64,000 bases of DNA from Candidatus Micrarchaeota archaeon. Its GTDB lineage: Archaea > Micrarchaeota > Micrarchaeia > Micrarchaeales > CABMGC01. Of the stretch, positions 1 through 9,144 are shown piece by piece (position 1 is the first letter of the stretch; each line of letters opens with the position of its first letter). Under the pieces are notes generated by a model that did not search any database, was not told the origin of the DNA, and saw only the letters and a list, made by a program, of their open reading frames with translations. The translations under genes and the position numbers were made by a program. The DNA lies in contig JAJZOD010000003.1 of NCBI GenBank assembly GCA_021852055.1, positions 15,884-79,883 of the forward strand. Reading direction: 5' to 3'.

Positions 1-2538
1 AATGACACTCCGGCAGTTTTCGATGATGCAGAATTCCGTGCATACATTAACTCTGCGTGCAAAGGCTATGACGGCGTTGTCGATACCGAGGAGCTTGTAC
101 GCCGGTGCGAAACAGGAATTTTCGACGGTATAAAAACAAAAGACATCTCCAAGCTGGCTGTAATGTCTGCAAGGGCATTTATAGAAAAGGATCCGCCAGC
201 CTATTCCGCAGTTACAACACGCCTGTTCCTTTATGATTTATACAAAGAAGTATTTGCAGGCGACTTTTCAAATATAAACAATACATATGCCTCTTCATTT
301 GTTGCATCTATAACAAAAGGCGTACGTCAGGGTACCCTTGCAAAGGAGATGGAAGGCTTTGACCTTAATGCCATGTCAAAGGCGCTGCACATAGAGCGTG
401 ATGAGCTTTTAGGCTATCGCGGACTGCAGACGCTTTACGACAGATACTTTATACGCGACAGGGAAACAGACCTGCCTATAGAAGTTCCGCAGTTCTTCTG
501 GATGCGCGTTGCAATGGGTCTTGCCATAAACGAGAAGGACAAAGAGTCAAAGGCCATAGAGTTTTATGAGGCCCTTTCATCACTGCGTGTTGTGTCATCT
601 ACCCCTACACTATTCCATTCAGGTACCCGCCACCCGCAGCTAAGCTCATGCTATCTTACAACAGTCGAAGACGACCTTGGGCATATATTCAAGGCCATAG
701 GCGACAATGCACAGCTGTCAAAGTGGTCTGGCGGTCTTGGAAACGACTGGACAAACCTCCGGGCGACAGGCGCACTTATAAAAACCACAAATGTAGAAAG
801 CCAGGGCGTTATACCTTTCCTGAAGATAGCCAATGATACCACTGTGGCAATAAACCGGAGCGGCAAGAGGCGCGGCGCCACATGTGCTTATCTTGAAGTA
901 TGGCATATGGACATAGAGGACTTCATAGATCTGCGCAGAACAACAGGTGATGAGCGCAGGAGAACTCAGGATATGGACACTGCTGCGTGGATACCGGACC
1001 TGTTCATGAAGCGCGTCATGAGCGACGGCGATTGGACCCTGTTCTCACCAGACGAGGTGCCAGAACTCCATCATATATACGGAAAGGCATTTGATGATAA
1101 GTATATGGAGTATGAAAAACAGGCTGCAGAAGGGAAGATACGCCTTTACAAGACCATTAAAGCAAATACGCTATGGCGCAAGCTTATAACATCCTTATTT
1201 GAGACCTCGCACCCGTGGCTTGTGTTCAAGGATTCTGCAAACATACGTTCCCCTCAGGACCATGTCGGCGTAGTACACAGCTCAAATCTGTGCACAGAGA
1301 TAACGCTAAACACCTCAAAAGATGAGACCGCTGTGTGCAACCTCAGCTCAATAAACCTGGCAAAGCACATAAAGAACGGCGCGCTCGACCTTGATCTTAT
1401 AAAAAATACAGTTACCACAGCAATGCGTATGCTGGATAATGTTGTAGACCTAAACTTCTATCCTACTCCTGAAGCCAAAAACTCAAACATGAAGCACAGG
1501 CCTGTCGGTCTTGGCATAATGGGCTATCAGGATGCATTGTACATGCTGGACATAAATTTCGATTCTGACGAAGCGGTAAAGTTTGCTGATGAGAGCATGG
1601 AGGTGATTTCATACTACGCCATACTTGCTTCATCGCAGATCGCTTTGGAAAAAGGCCCGTACGAGACGTTCAAAGGCTCAAAGTGGGATCGCGGCCTTCT
1701 GCCTATCGATACAATATCACTCCTTGAGCAGGAGCGCCAGATGCCTATAGAAATCAGCAAAAGCTCAAGTATGGACTGGCAGGCTGTGAGGGACTTGATA
1801 AAAAAGAACGGCATGCGAAACTCCAACTGCATGGCTGTAGCTCCAACAGCTACTATATCAAACATAGCCGACTGCTATCCCTCAATAGAGCCAATATACA
1901 AGAATCTGTATGTTAAGTCAAACATGAGCGGCGAGTTCACTGTTATAAATACCTATCTTGTAGAGGATCTCAAAGCCCTGGGGTTATGGAACAGCACAAT
2001 GCTGGAAAAGATAAAAGAGAAGGACGGGAACATACAGCATGTGGAGAGCATACCAAAGAAGCTGAAAAATAAGTACAAGGAAGCTTTTGACATAGATCCG
2101 GAATGGCTGATAAAGGCAGCAGCTCACCGCGCCAAATGGATAGACCAGAGCCAGTCTCTAAATATATTCACTACAACAACCTCAGGCAAAAGGCTCTCGG
2201 AGATATACATGTATGCGTGGAGAATGGGCCTCAAAAGCACATACTACCTGCGCACTACAGCAGCAACCTCAATAGAAAAAAGCACTATAGAAATAACTAA
2301 CAAGTCCAAGATGTCAAACATAAATGTAAACACTGGGCAGCAGGAGCAGACTGTGCAGATACAGCAACAAGCTGTGCCTTCAATACCAGAACAGAAGCAT
2401 GCCGCTGTTTTGCAGCAGCAAGACAAACAGGAAGCATATGTTTCAGAGCATACGGTCGAAATGCAAACTGCAGAAGCCAAGGTATGCAAGATAACCGGCA
2501 ACCCTATGGACGATCCGACCTGTGAAGCCTGCCAGTAA
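1..2538 (+). CDS. nrdA: Ribonucleoside-diphosphate reductase large (alpha) subunit, class I; N-terminus lies outside the window
   Basis: Frame 1 is open from base 1 (NDTPAVFDDAEFRAYINS...), upstream of the listed Met at 163. RNR hallmarks: SSNLCTEITL, AVCNLSSINL, GLGIMGYQDAL, and the C-terminal redox-shuttle pair CEAC. The R2 gene follows 14 nt later. A Gln-rich low-complexity spacer precedes the C-terminal tail. Confidence 0.93.
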   Translation, partial: NDTPAVFDDAEFRAYINSACKGYDGVVDTEELVRRCETGIFDGIKTKDISKLAVMSARAFIEKDPPAYSAVTTRLFLYDLYKEVFAGDFSNINNTYASSFVASITKGVRQGTLAKEMEGFDLNAMSKALHIERDELLGYRGLQTLYDRYFIRDRETDLPIEVPQFFWMRVAMGLAINEKDKESKAIEFYEALSSLRVVSSTPTLFHSGTRHPQLSSCYLTTVEDDLGHIFKAIGDNAQLSKWSGGLGNDWTNLRATGALIKTTNVESQGVIPFLKIANDTTVAINRSGKRRGATCAYLEVWHMDIEDFIDLRRTTGDERRRTQDMDTAAWIPDLFMKRVMSDGDWTLFSPDEVPELHHIYGKAFDDKYMEYEKQAAEGKIRLYKTIKANTLWRKLITSLFETSHPWLVFKDSANIRSPQDHVGVVHSSNLCTEITLNTSKDETAVCNLSSINLAKHIKNGALDLDLIKNTVTTAMRMLDNVVDLNFYPTPEAKNSNMKHRPVGLGIMGYQDALYMLDINFDSDEAVKFADESMEVISYYAILASSQIALEKGPYETFKGSKWDRGLLPIDTISLLEQERQMPIEISKSSSMDWQAVRDLIKKNGMRNSNCMAVAPTATISNIADCYPSIEPIYKNLYVKSNMSGEFTVINTYLVEDLKALGLWNSTMLEKIKEKDGNIQHVESIPKKLKNKYKEAFDIDPEWLIKAAAHRAKWIDQSQSLNIFTTTTSGKRLSEIYMYAWRMGLKSTYYLRTTAATSIEKSTIEITNKSKMSNINVNTGQQEQTVQIQQQAVPSIPEQKHAAVLQQQDKQEAYVSEHTVEMQTAEAKVCKITGNPMDDPTCEACQ

Positions 2539-2552
2539 GATTAGGCGATCCT

Positions 2553-3551
2553 ATGAAACAAATGCTGAACGCTTCTGAAGTAGACCCGAACAAAATACTC
2601 CCAATAAAATATGAGTGGGCCAGGACACACTATAAATCAGGTGTAAACAACAACTGGGTGCCTGAAGAGATACCGATGCAGCAAGACATAGAGCTGTGGA
2701 AAAGGAAAGACGGCCTAACTGATGATGAGAGACGCATGATAATGTGGAATCTCGGCTTCTTTTCAACAGCAGAAAGCCTTACGGCTAACAATATAGTCTT
2801 ATCAATATACAGGCATTTGACAAATCCAGAGTCAAGGCAGTACCTTCTCAGGCAGGCGTACGAGGAGGCTGTGCACACAGAGACATTTATCTACTGCTGC
2901 GATTCCCTCGGTCTGGATCCTGACGAAGTATACAACATGTACATGAGCGTGCCAAGCATAAAAGCAAAGGACGATTATGTGGTAAACCTTACAAAATCAA
3001 TACTGGATCCTAACTTCAGCACAGTGGGCCACGAAAACATCCAGAGGTTTGTTTACGACCTCGTCGGATATTATGTTATTATGGAGGGAATCTTCTTTTA
3101 TGCCGGCTTTGCAATGATGCTGTCCCTTCTGCGCAGCAACAAGATGGTAGGTGTAGGCGAGCAGTTTCAATATATACTGCGCGACGAGTCCGTGCACCTT
3201 GCATTCGGCAGCGACCTTATAAACACTATAGTGCAGGAGAATCCGGAGATTTGGACTGATGAATTCAAGAAAGAGGTCACAGAATCAATCAAGAAAGGCG
3301 TAGACCTTGAAGTTCTTTATGCCAAGGACTGCCTGCCAAAGGGCATCCTCGGCCTTAATGCAGATATGATAAAAGAGTACATGCAGTACATAGGCGACCG
3401 CAGGCTGGAGCGCATAGGCCTGCCAAAGGTCTATAACTCTGAAAATCCGTTCCCATGGATGAGCGAGATAGTCGATCTCAAGAAGGAGAAGAACTTCTTC
3501 GAGACAAGGGTGACAGAGTACAAACACAGGGGAGAGCTGGCGTGGGACTGA
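2553..3551 (+). CDS. nrdB: Ribonucleotide reductase small (beta) subunit, ferritin-like, with a class Ic-like signature
   Basis: Di-metal ligand motifs FFSTAESL, EEAVHTETF and DESVHLAFG. Tightly coupled to nrdA. Confidence 0.92.
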   Translation: MKQMLNASEVDPNKILPIKYEWARTHYKSGVNNNWVPEEIPMQQDIELWKRKDGLTDDERRMIMWNLGFFSTAESLTANNIVLSIYRHLTNPESRQYLLRQAYEEAVHTETFIYCCDSLGLDPDEVYNMYMSVPSIKAKDDYVVNLTKSILDPNFSTVGHENIQRFVYDLVGYYVIMEGIFFYAGFAMMLSLLRSNKMVGVGEQFQYILRDESVHLAFGSDLINTIVQENPEIWTDEFKKEVTESIKKGVDLEVLYAKDCLPKGILGLNADMIKEYMQYIGDRRLERIGLPKVYNSENPFPWMSEIVDLKKEKNFFETRVTEYKHRGELAWD

Positions 3552-3604
3552 GGTGAAATACTCACGCCTGAAGACTGTGGGCTTGTAAATACAAACTGCA
3601 TCTG

Positions 3605-4705
3605 CTAATACCCTTCAAGCTTCTGTATCTGCACTATGGCAGGCAGCTGGCATATCTCCGCGTTGTTATTCAATGAGCTGCATGCCATTGCTATGTAAAC
3701 ATCAGCAGCTGCGTATTCGGTCCACGCAAACTGACTGTTAGGATGCGCAAGCATTGAGAATATCTGTGCGTGAGTCCAGCTCTCCAAAGGCTGCGGCGCT
3801 GTTGCTGAGCTGTTGCCGAAATCTATGGCATCTGCACCAGATACCTGTTGGCTTCCCCATATGGTGTATGGCGTTCCCTGAAAGTTGTTAATCTCGCTTA
3901 TGTATTTTATCGCATCGATATAAGCAAGGTTGCCTGTCTTGTTTATCTCCTGTTCCTGCACTGCAGGAAATGGAGTCTGTATGCTGAATCCCCCTGTTAT
4001 CGGGTCTGTATCCTCTATGGCTATAAAGTTAAGGTACTTGCTGCTGTAAAATGAGCCGAGGTCCACTGTAGAGCTGTTGTAATGTGCCGGAGACCAGTAT
4101 ATCGTAGGCACGTCGCTATCCTGGAGCGCGCTATATCCTGTGAAAAGTGCAGAGAAGTTTCCAAAGCGTCCAAGCGCAAGTGCCATTGCCCATCTGTTTT
4201 CTCCGCAGAAAACACATGTTATAGAACCGAAGTATATTACGCTTGGTTTGCCATTTACAATGAATGTTTTTACCTTGTTGGCAGAAGCGCCTACCTGGTT
4301 CTTAAGCGTGCCGTTAAGCAGCATCTCTCCTGCAGTCTCAAAGTATGCATCTGACGCGTTGTTTATAACGGCGAGATCTGTTGCGTTTATCTGCGTGTTA
4401 ATCCCGTTAAGTGTATCGCCAGGCGTACCGCTTGAATTTATCGGCGGGTCTGCAGGCAGGTAGTGCAAAGGCGTGATAAGCGCGCTTGTGATGTTGTATG
4501 CCACTAAGTTCTTAAGCGAAACCCCGCTAGTATTAGAAGGCGAGGACTGGTTTATGTAGTAGGTCTTGGTCTGGTTCACATAAATTGTATTTACGTGCGT
4601 ATAGCTCATAGTTGATACTGCAATTGCTATTATAGCCAGTGCAATTGCAAGGTATACAAGGCGTTCATGCCTTCTCGCTCTTGTCTTTTTCCCTGAAGCT
4701 GCCAT
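3605..4705 (-). CDS. N-terminally membrane-anchored, sequon-rich protein with a CxxC thioredoxin-like motif (DUF929-like)
   Basis: N-terminal basic stretch plus TM (RLVYLAIALAIIAIAV). The motif GSITCVFCGENRWAMALALGRFGNF resembles the archaeal DUF929 signature as I recall it. Many N-x-S/T sites. Confidence 0.5.
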   Translation of the reverse strand: MAASGKKTRARRHERLVYLAIALAIIAIAVSTMSYTHVNTIYVNQTKTYYINQSSPSNTSGVSLKNLVAYNITSALITPLHYLPADPPINSSGTPGDTLNGINTQINATDLAVINNASDAYFETAGEMLLNGTLKNQVGASANKVKTFIVNGKPSVIYFGSITCVFCGENRWAMALALGRFGNFSALFTGYSALQDSDVPTIYWSPAHYNSSTVDLGSFYSSKYLNFIAIEDTDPITGGFSIQTPFPAVQEQEINKTGNLAYIDAIKYISEINNFQGTPYTIWGSQQVSGADAIDFGNSSATAPQPLESWTHAQIFSMLAHPNSQFAWTEYAAADVYIAMACSSLNNNAEICQLPAIVQIQKLEGY

Positions 4706-4727
4706 GGTAACTAGTATATGCGGAATG

Positions 4728-4737
4728 TTATATAAAG
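4728..4737 (+). promoter_or_regulatory. TATA-box-like element upstream of the TatD-family gene
   Basis: TTATATAAAG lies 42-51 nt upstream of the ATG at 4779. Confidence 0.3.
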
Positions 4738-4778
4738 TTTACGAACACTGTTGTACTAGGCAAGCAAAAGGTGCATTT

Positions 4779-5534
4779 ATGGATGAGGCAGGATTTGTTA
4801 TAGATGCCCACTGCCATATGGAGATGTACAGTGATCCTGGCGCAGTGCTATCCAAATCAAATGGGAATGGCATATTGGCTGTGATAACCTCCGGCTGGAG
4901 CCTCGAGTCAAGCATTGCATCAGCTGAGCTTGTGAAGATAAACGGCATATTTGCTACAATAGGCGTCGGTCCGGAGCATACACTTAGCGAGTCAGGGATC
5001 GCTGATCTGGTAAACAAGCTGCAGGCGATGGCAAAATCTAGCAAAAAAGTCATCGGCATAGGCGAGATAGGGCTTGATGCGAAAGCCATAGACAGCATTG
5101 GCATTGCAGAACAGGAGGCGCTGCTCACTGCACAGCTTGAGCTTGCCCAGCACCTCGGTCTTCCGGCCGTGATACACTGCAGGGGCATGCTTGAGAGGCT
5201 CCTACAAATTCTTTACGATACAGGCACAAATAAGGCAATGTTTCATTTCTTTTCTGGCAATGAGGAAGATGCAAAGAAGCTCGAGAAGAAAGGCTACCTC
5301 ATTTCAATACCTCCGATAGAGTCAAGCAGGCTCAGAAGGGTAATTAAAACTGCAGCAACAGAGTCCCTCGTCGCAGAGACCGATGCACCCGTTGTCGGAA
5401 AAGAACCCTCTGACGCAGTTACTGTAGTTAAGCGGATAGCAAGCCTCAAAAGTAAAAGCTTTGAAGAGACGGGTTTAATAACAACACAAACTATTAAAGA
5501 TTACTTCGGTATAATATTTAAAGAGGGCCCGTAG
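4779..5534 (+). CDS. TatD-family metal-dependent hydrolase/DNase
   Basis: Motifs DAHCHM, GEIGLD, VIHCR, HFFSG and ETDAP. The listed ORF starts at 4704 and overlaps the divergent gene's start. Met-26 (ATG 4779, MDEAGFVIDAHCH) is the more plausible start. The stop codon lies inside the tRNA-Arg acceptor stem. Confidence 0.85.
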   Translation: MDEAGFVIDAHCHMEMYSDPGAVLSKSNGNGILAVITSGWSLESSIASAELVKINGIFATIGVGPEHTLSESGIADLVNKLQAMAKSSKKVIGIGEIGLDAKAIDSIGIAEQEALLTAQLELAQHLGLPAVIHCRGMLERLLQILYDTGTNKAMFHFFSGNEEDAKKLEKKGYLISIPPIESSRLRRVIKTAATESLVAETDAPVVGKEPSDAVTVVKRIASLKSKSFEETGLITTQTIKDYFGIIFKEGP

Positions 5535-5615
5535 CTCAGCTTGGATAGAGCGGCAGACTTCTAATCTGAAGGTCGCGGGTTCAAAAAACAAAGTTTGAGA
5601 ATCCCGCCGGGCCCG
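5525..5615 (+). tRNA. tRNA-Arg (anticodon UCU) with a putative 16-nt intron in the T-loop
   Basis: Manual fold: acceptor GGGCCCG/CGGGCCC, D arm GCTC-AGCTTGGATA-GAGC, anticodon arm GCAGA-CTTCTAA-TCTGA (27:43 is a G-A mismatch), variable AGGTC, T stem GCGGG/CCCGC. The T loop reads TTCA[AAAAACAAAGTTTGAG]AAT. Discriminator is G and there is no encoded CCA. Confidence 0.8.
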
Positions 5616-5631
5616 GACAACAGGTGATTTT

Positions 5632-5904
5632 ATGGCAGAAGACAAGAATATAGAGGAAACGATAGCACAGGTAAGACAGCAGATAGAGGTATTGCTAAAT
5701 GACAACAGCGTGCCTAGAAATGTAAAATCGGCTCTTGACGAGGCCAGAAAGTCATTGGATTTGAAGCAGGAGAGCTACTCCGTCAGGGCATCCGGTGCAA
5801 CATATAAAATAGACGAGATAAGCAATGACATAAACCTGCCGCCTTACGCTAGGACGGTGATATGGAATATACTCAGCATGCTGGAGTCTATAAAAGATCA
5901 ATAA
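5632..5904 (+). CDS. UPF0147-family small helical protein
   Basis: 90 aa. NDNSVPRNVKSALDEA and ISNDINLPPYARTVIWNILSMLE match the archaeal UPF0147 pattern as I recall it. Confidence 0.7.
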   Translation: MAEDKNIEETIAQVRQQIEVLLNDNSVPRNVKSALDEARKSLDLKQESYSVRASGATYKIDEISNDINLPPYARTVIWNILSMLESIKDQ

Positions 5905-5974
5905 TAAATAGGCAATAAATAATGCATAATAAGGTAAAAATCTTACATCCCTCAATGAAAACCAACCAGTAAAG

Positions 5975-6415
5975 GTGTTTTGCATGGCAATACGAACTGC
6001 AAATAAGCAAAATAAAGCAAAGGGAGGCAAGGCGCATCTATACTTCAAGTGCAAGACCCTGTCTCTGGTTCATATACTCGGGAAGAAATGGGCAGTCGAT
6101 GTTATCGAGATACTTTCATCTAAAAAGAGCATGCAGTTCAACGGAATGATGCATATGCTTAAGGGCATAACGCCCCGTGCCCTGAGCAGCATACTTAACG
6201 ACCTTATTCTTGCCGAGGTAGTGTCAAAGTCAGGTTCTGAAAGCAGAAATGACGGCGAAGTCCAGACAAGCTATAAGATTACAGAAAAAGGGCTCGTGCT
6301 GGTGAGCTTCATACAAAGCTCGAAACAGCTCGGTATAAATCTATATTCAATAGACGCATCGTGTACAGATAGGCAGTGCAGAACGTGCAGCCTGAACTCT
6401 CTGTCTGGAAAGTGA
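5975..6415 (+). CDS. HxlR-type winged-helix transcriptional regulator
   Basis: LGKKWAVDVIEIL...MQFNGMMHMLKGITPRALSSILNDLILAEVV is typical of the HxlR family. Confidence 0.65.
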   Translation: MFCMAIRTANKQNKAKGGKAHLYFKCKTLSLVHILGKKWAVDVIEILSSKKSMQFNGMMHMLKGITPRALSSILNDLILAEVVSKSGSESRNDGEVQTSYKITEKGLVLVSFIQSSKQLGINLYSIDASCTDRQCRTCSLNSLSGK

Positions 6416-6439
6416 GCCTGGCCTTTGCCACAGCAAATT

Positions 6440-6907
6440 CTATTTTTCGCCAAGCCCTGAACTCTGTATAATGTTTCTTATAGCAGAGCTCTTGTATCTT
6501 TCAGGCATCAGCCTGATTTTAAGCCTTACAAGCCTGGCGTCTATTTTGTTCTTCTTCAGCCATCTTTCCATTTCGTCTTCGTCAACGTCCTGGTCATAGC
6601 CAAACACTATAACCTGCGGCCTATATTTTGCTATTATTTTATATTTGTCATCCTGTCTTTTAATTTTGCTGCCGAGCACTGCCTTATCTACCATGCCAAG
6701 AGAACTTATGATGCGGAGCCTGTCATTCTCAGCGAAAAATGGCTCGCGGTGTTTTATTTTTCTTATGCTGCTGTCCCTTGCAACTACCACTACAAGAGAA
6801 TCCCCAAGTCCCCTTGCCTTATTAAGATATGCGATGTGGCCCGGATGCAAGATATCAAACGAGCCAAATGCCATCACCCTCTTTATGGGTCTGCCTGAGC
6901 TGTTCAT
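6440..6907 (-). CDS. ribL: FAD synthase / FMN adenylyltransferase of the cytidylyltransferase family (RibL-like)
   Basis: VMAFGSFDILHPGHIAYLNKA is a (T/H)xGH nucleotidyltransferase motif, in a ~150-aa protein. Overlaps the upstream peroxiredoxin gene by 4 nt (ATGA). Confidence 0.75.
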   Translation of the reverse strand: MNSSGRPIKRVMAFGSFDILHPGHIAYLNKARGLGDSLVVVVARDSSIRKIKHREPFFAENDRLRIISSLGMVDKAVLGSKIKRQDDKYKIIAKYRPQVIVFGYDQDVDEDEMERWLKKNKIDARLVRLKIRLMPERYKSSAIRNIIQSSGLGEK

Positions 6908-7512
6908 AGTTTGCCTATGTCATTTACTATGTCTATGTCAAGGGCTCTCTTGCCGATTTTCCAGTTAGCCGGAATTGCGCATATATGTCCCTCAGAAGCG
7001 GGGGTATCCCTCACATATTTAAGCGCCATGAAAGACGTGAATATGTGGTCTACGTCCTTGCCAAGCGCATCATTGTGTATAGCTACATATTGCACTACGC
7101 CGTCGGGATCTACTATCACACTGCCTCTTCTTGCTGCGCCTGTTTCAGCGTTAAGGAATCCGTATTCTGTTGATATCTTCTTGTTAAAATCCTCTATAAG
7201 CGGTATGCTGCTCCCTTTCACTCTCGGTGAACTTTCACTCCATGCCTTGTGTGAATATACGCTGTCGGTGCTTATTGCAACTATGTCGGCACCGTTCTTC
7301 TTGAACTCTTCGTAGCTCGACATAAATGCCTCTATGTCAGTTGCACAAACAAAAGTGAAATCACCCGGATAAAAAGTAAGTATCACCCACCTGCCCCTGA
7401 CATCCGAGAGCTTAAACTCCTTTATCTTTTTCGATTCCGGAAACCATGCCTTTGCTTTTATCTCAGGTGCCGGTTCGCCTATACTCCACGCTGCATACAT
7501 AAACTCACACAT
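6904..7512 (-). CDS. Peroxiredoxin (AhpC/TSA family)
   Basis: WVILTFYPGDFTFVCATD carries the peroxidatic Cys motif. The listed ORF begins at a TTG (7587). The ATGs at 7512 and 7500 (..MYAAWSIGEPAPEIKA) fit typical Prx N-termini and lie downstream of the TATA-like AAATTATATAAAT at ~7597-7612. Confidence 0.88.
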   Translation of the reverse strand: MCEFMYAAWSIGEPAPEIKAKAWFPESKKIKEFKLSDVRGRWVILTFYPGDFTFVCATDIEAFMSSYEEFKKNGADIVAISTDSVYSHKAWSESSPRVKGSSIPLIEDFNKKISTEYGFLNAETGAARRGSVIVDPDGVVQYVAIHNDALGKDVDHIFTSFMALKYVRDTPASEGHICAIPANWKIGKRALDIDIVNDIGKL

Positions 7513-7735
7513 ATACTTGGCAGCAAAACTATAAAATCCTAAGCTATGCGCATTGCTCTCGCTGAAATCCTCAAACCTCAAACTCAAATTTAAAATTTAT
7601 ATAATTTATGTGTTAGGCTATACATAAGAGTTCCTCTATGCGCATGCAGAAGTCGCTGAATGACTTGCCTATGCAAGAGCTTTAAATAACTTTCTTGTAC
7701 AGAGTGATGTATATCTGCGACCGCAAGATGATATT

Positions 7736-9103
7736 ATGCCAAGAACAAAGGTAATTGCTACTTATGGACCGAGCTTGGACAATGAGGCAACACTGAACGA
7801 AGCGCTCAAGTACGTTGACATAGTGCGCCTTAATTTTTCACATGGCACCCTCGAAGAGAAGAGCGCCGCAATACGAAAAATACGCGGTGCAGCAGCAAGA
7901 CATGGCAGAGACATAGCAATACTTGCCGACCTTCCAGGGCCAAAGATCCGCGTATCAAAACTCAAGGAAGATGTACTAGTAAAGAACAACGGCATAGTGT
8001 CTCTGTGTTACTACAAGAGAGCCAGAGGCAACGATATACCAACAGACTTTGACATGTACAATGGCATGAAAAAAGGTTCTGAGATATCCATAGGCGATGG
8101 GGAGCCAAAGCTTCTTGTTACAGGCCTTTCCAACGGGCGCATAATATGCAGGGCGCTGCAGGACGGGGTCATTAAAAGCAGAAAAGGGATAAATGTCAAG
8201 GGATCCTCGATAAATGCCGAGCCTCCGACGCAGGAGGATATCAAATTCGCAAAATTTGCAGTGAGAAACTCGCTTGATTTTATTGCTCTCTCGTTCGTAA
8301 AGTCTGCCAAGGATGTACTAAAAATAAAAAAGATAGCAAAAGGCATGCCTGTAATCTCAAAGATAGAGCGCCAGGAGGCAATTGATGATATAGAAGCCAT
8401 TGTACGTGAATCCGACGGCATAATGATAGCAAGAGGGGATATGGCGCTTAACATCGACTATAACCATGTGCCATTAGTGCAGGATAAGATAATAAGCGTG
8501 TGCCGTTCTGCAAAGAAGCCTGTTATAGTTGCGACACAAATGCTGGCGAGCATGACCGGCAACAAGATACCGACAAGGGCTGAGATGACAGATGTTGCAA
8601 ATGCAGTTAAAAGCGGGGTAGACTGTGTGATGCTCAGCGACGAAACTGCCGTTGGCCGGAATCCTGTAGAGGCAATTACTGCAATGTCCGGCATACTGTC
8701 TTATACTGAAGAAGAAATGCCAAGCAGCTTTGAGATGCAGAAGCATGCAGCAAGCGGACACGAAGGCATAGCAGTTGCTGTGGCAAGCATATCCCATACG
8801 TGCAGTATGGATTGCATATTCATACCTTCCGATACCGGCGGAACAGCAAAAATGCTATCTGGTCTGCGGCCGGAATCTACAATAGTTGCCCTGTCAAAAT
8901 CCGACAAGCTCAGGAGGAATCTCAACCTATACTATGGTGTGAAGAGTGCAGACCTGCGCACTGATGTAGGTGATAGCGCACTTCAAAGCAACATAAGTAC
9001 GTATGCCAGAAGGCTCGGCATCAGAAGCTATATGCTGGTGTACGGACATCAGGCACAAAAATCCACGAGTGATTCAATAAAATGCTTCTGGGGAAGGCAG
9101 TAA
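7736..9103 (+). CDS. pyk: Pyruvate kinase
   Basis: TKVIATYGPS, VRLNFSHG, MIARGDMAL, VATQMLASM and MLSDETAVG. Confidence 0.93.
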   Translation: MPRTKVIATYGPSLDNEATLNEALKYVDIVRLNFSHGTLEEKSAAIRKIRGAAARHGRDIAILADLPGPKIRVSKLKEDVLVKNNGIVSLCYYKRARGNDIPTDFDMYNGMKKGSEISIGDGEPKLLVTGLSNGRIICRALQDGVIKSRKGINVKGSSINAEPPTQEDIKFAKFAVRNSLDFIALSFVKSAKDVLKIKKIAKGMPVISKIERQEAIDDIEAIVRESDGIMIARGDMALNIDYNHVPLVQDKIISVCRSAKKPVIVATQMLASMTGNKIPTRAEMTDVANAVKSGVDCVMLSDETAVGRNPVEAITAMSGILSYTEEEMPSSFEMQKHAASGHEGIAVAVASISHTCSMDCIFIPSDTGGTAKMLSGLRPESTIVALSKSDKLRRNLNLYYGVKSADLRTDVGDSALQSNISTYARRLGIRSYMLVYGHQAQKSTSDSIKCFWGRQ

Positions 9104-9144
9104 GCCCATGCTTCTGAATAATCTCTCCGCGCGAACTTCTTGAA

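Noticed and set aside
1-2538. Possible intein in RNR alpha (and in RtcB, 33500..34939)
   Set aside because: Both proteins have normal lengths and contiguous catalytic motifs. No Cys/Ser-...-HN splice-junction blocks were seen.
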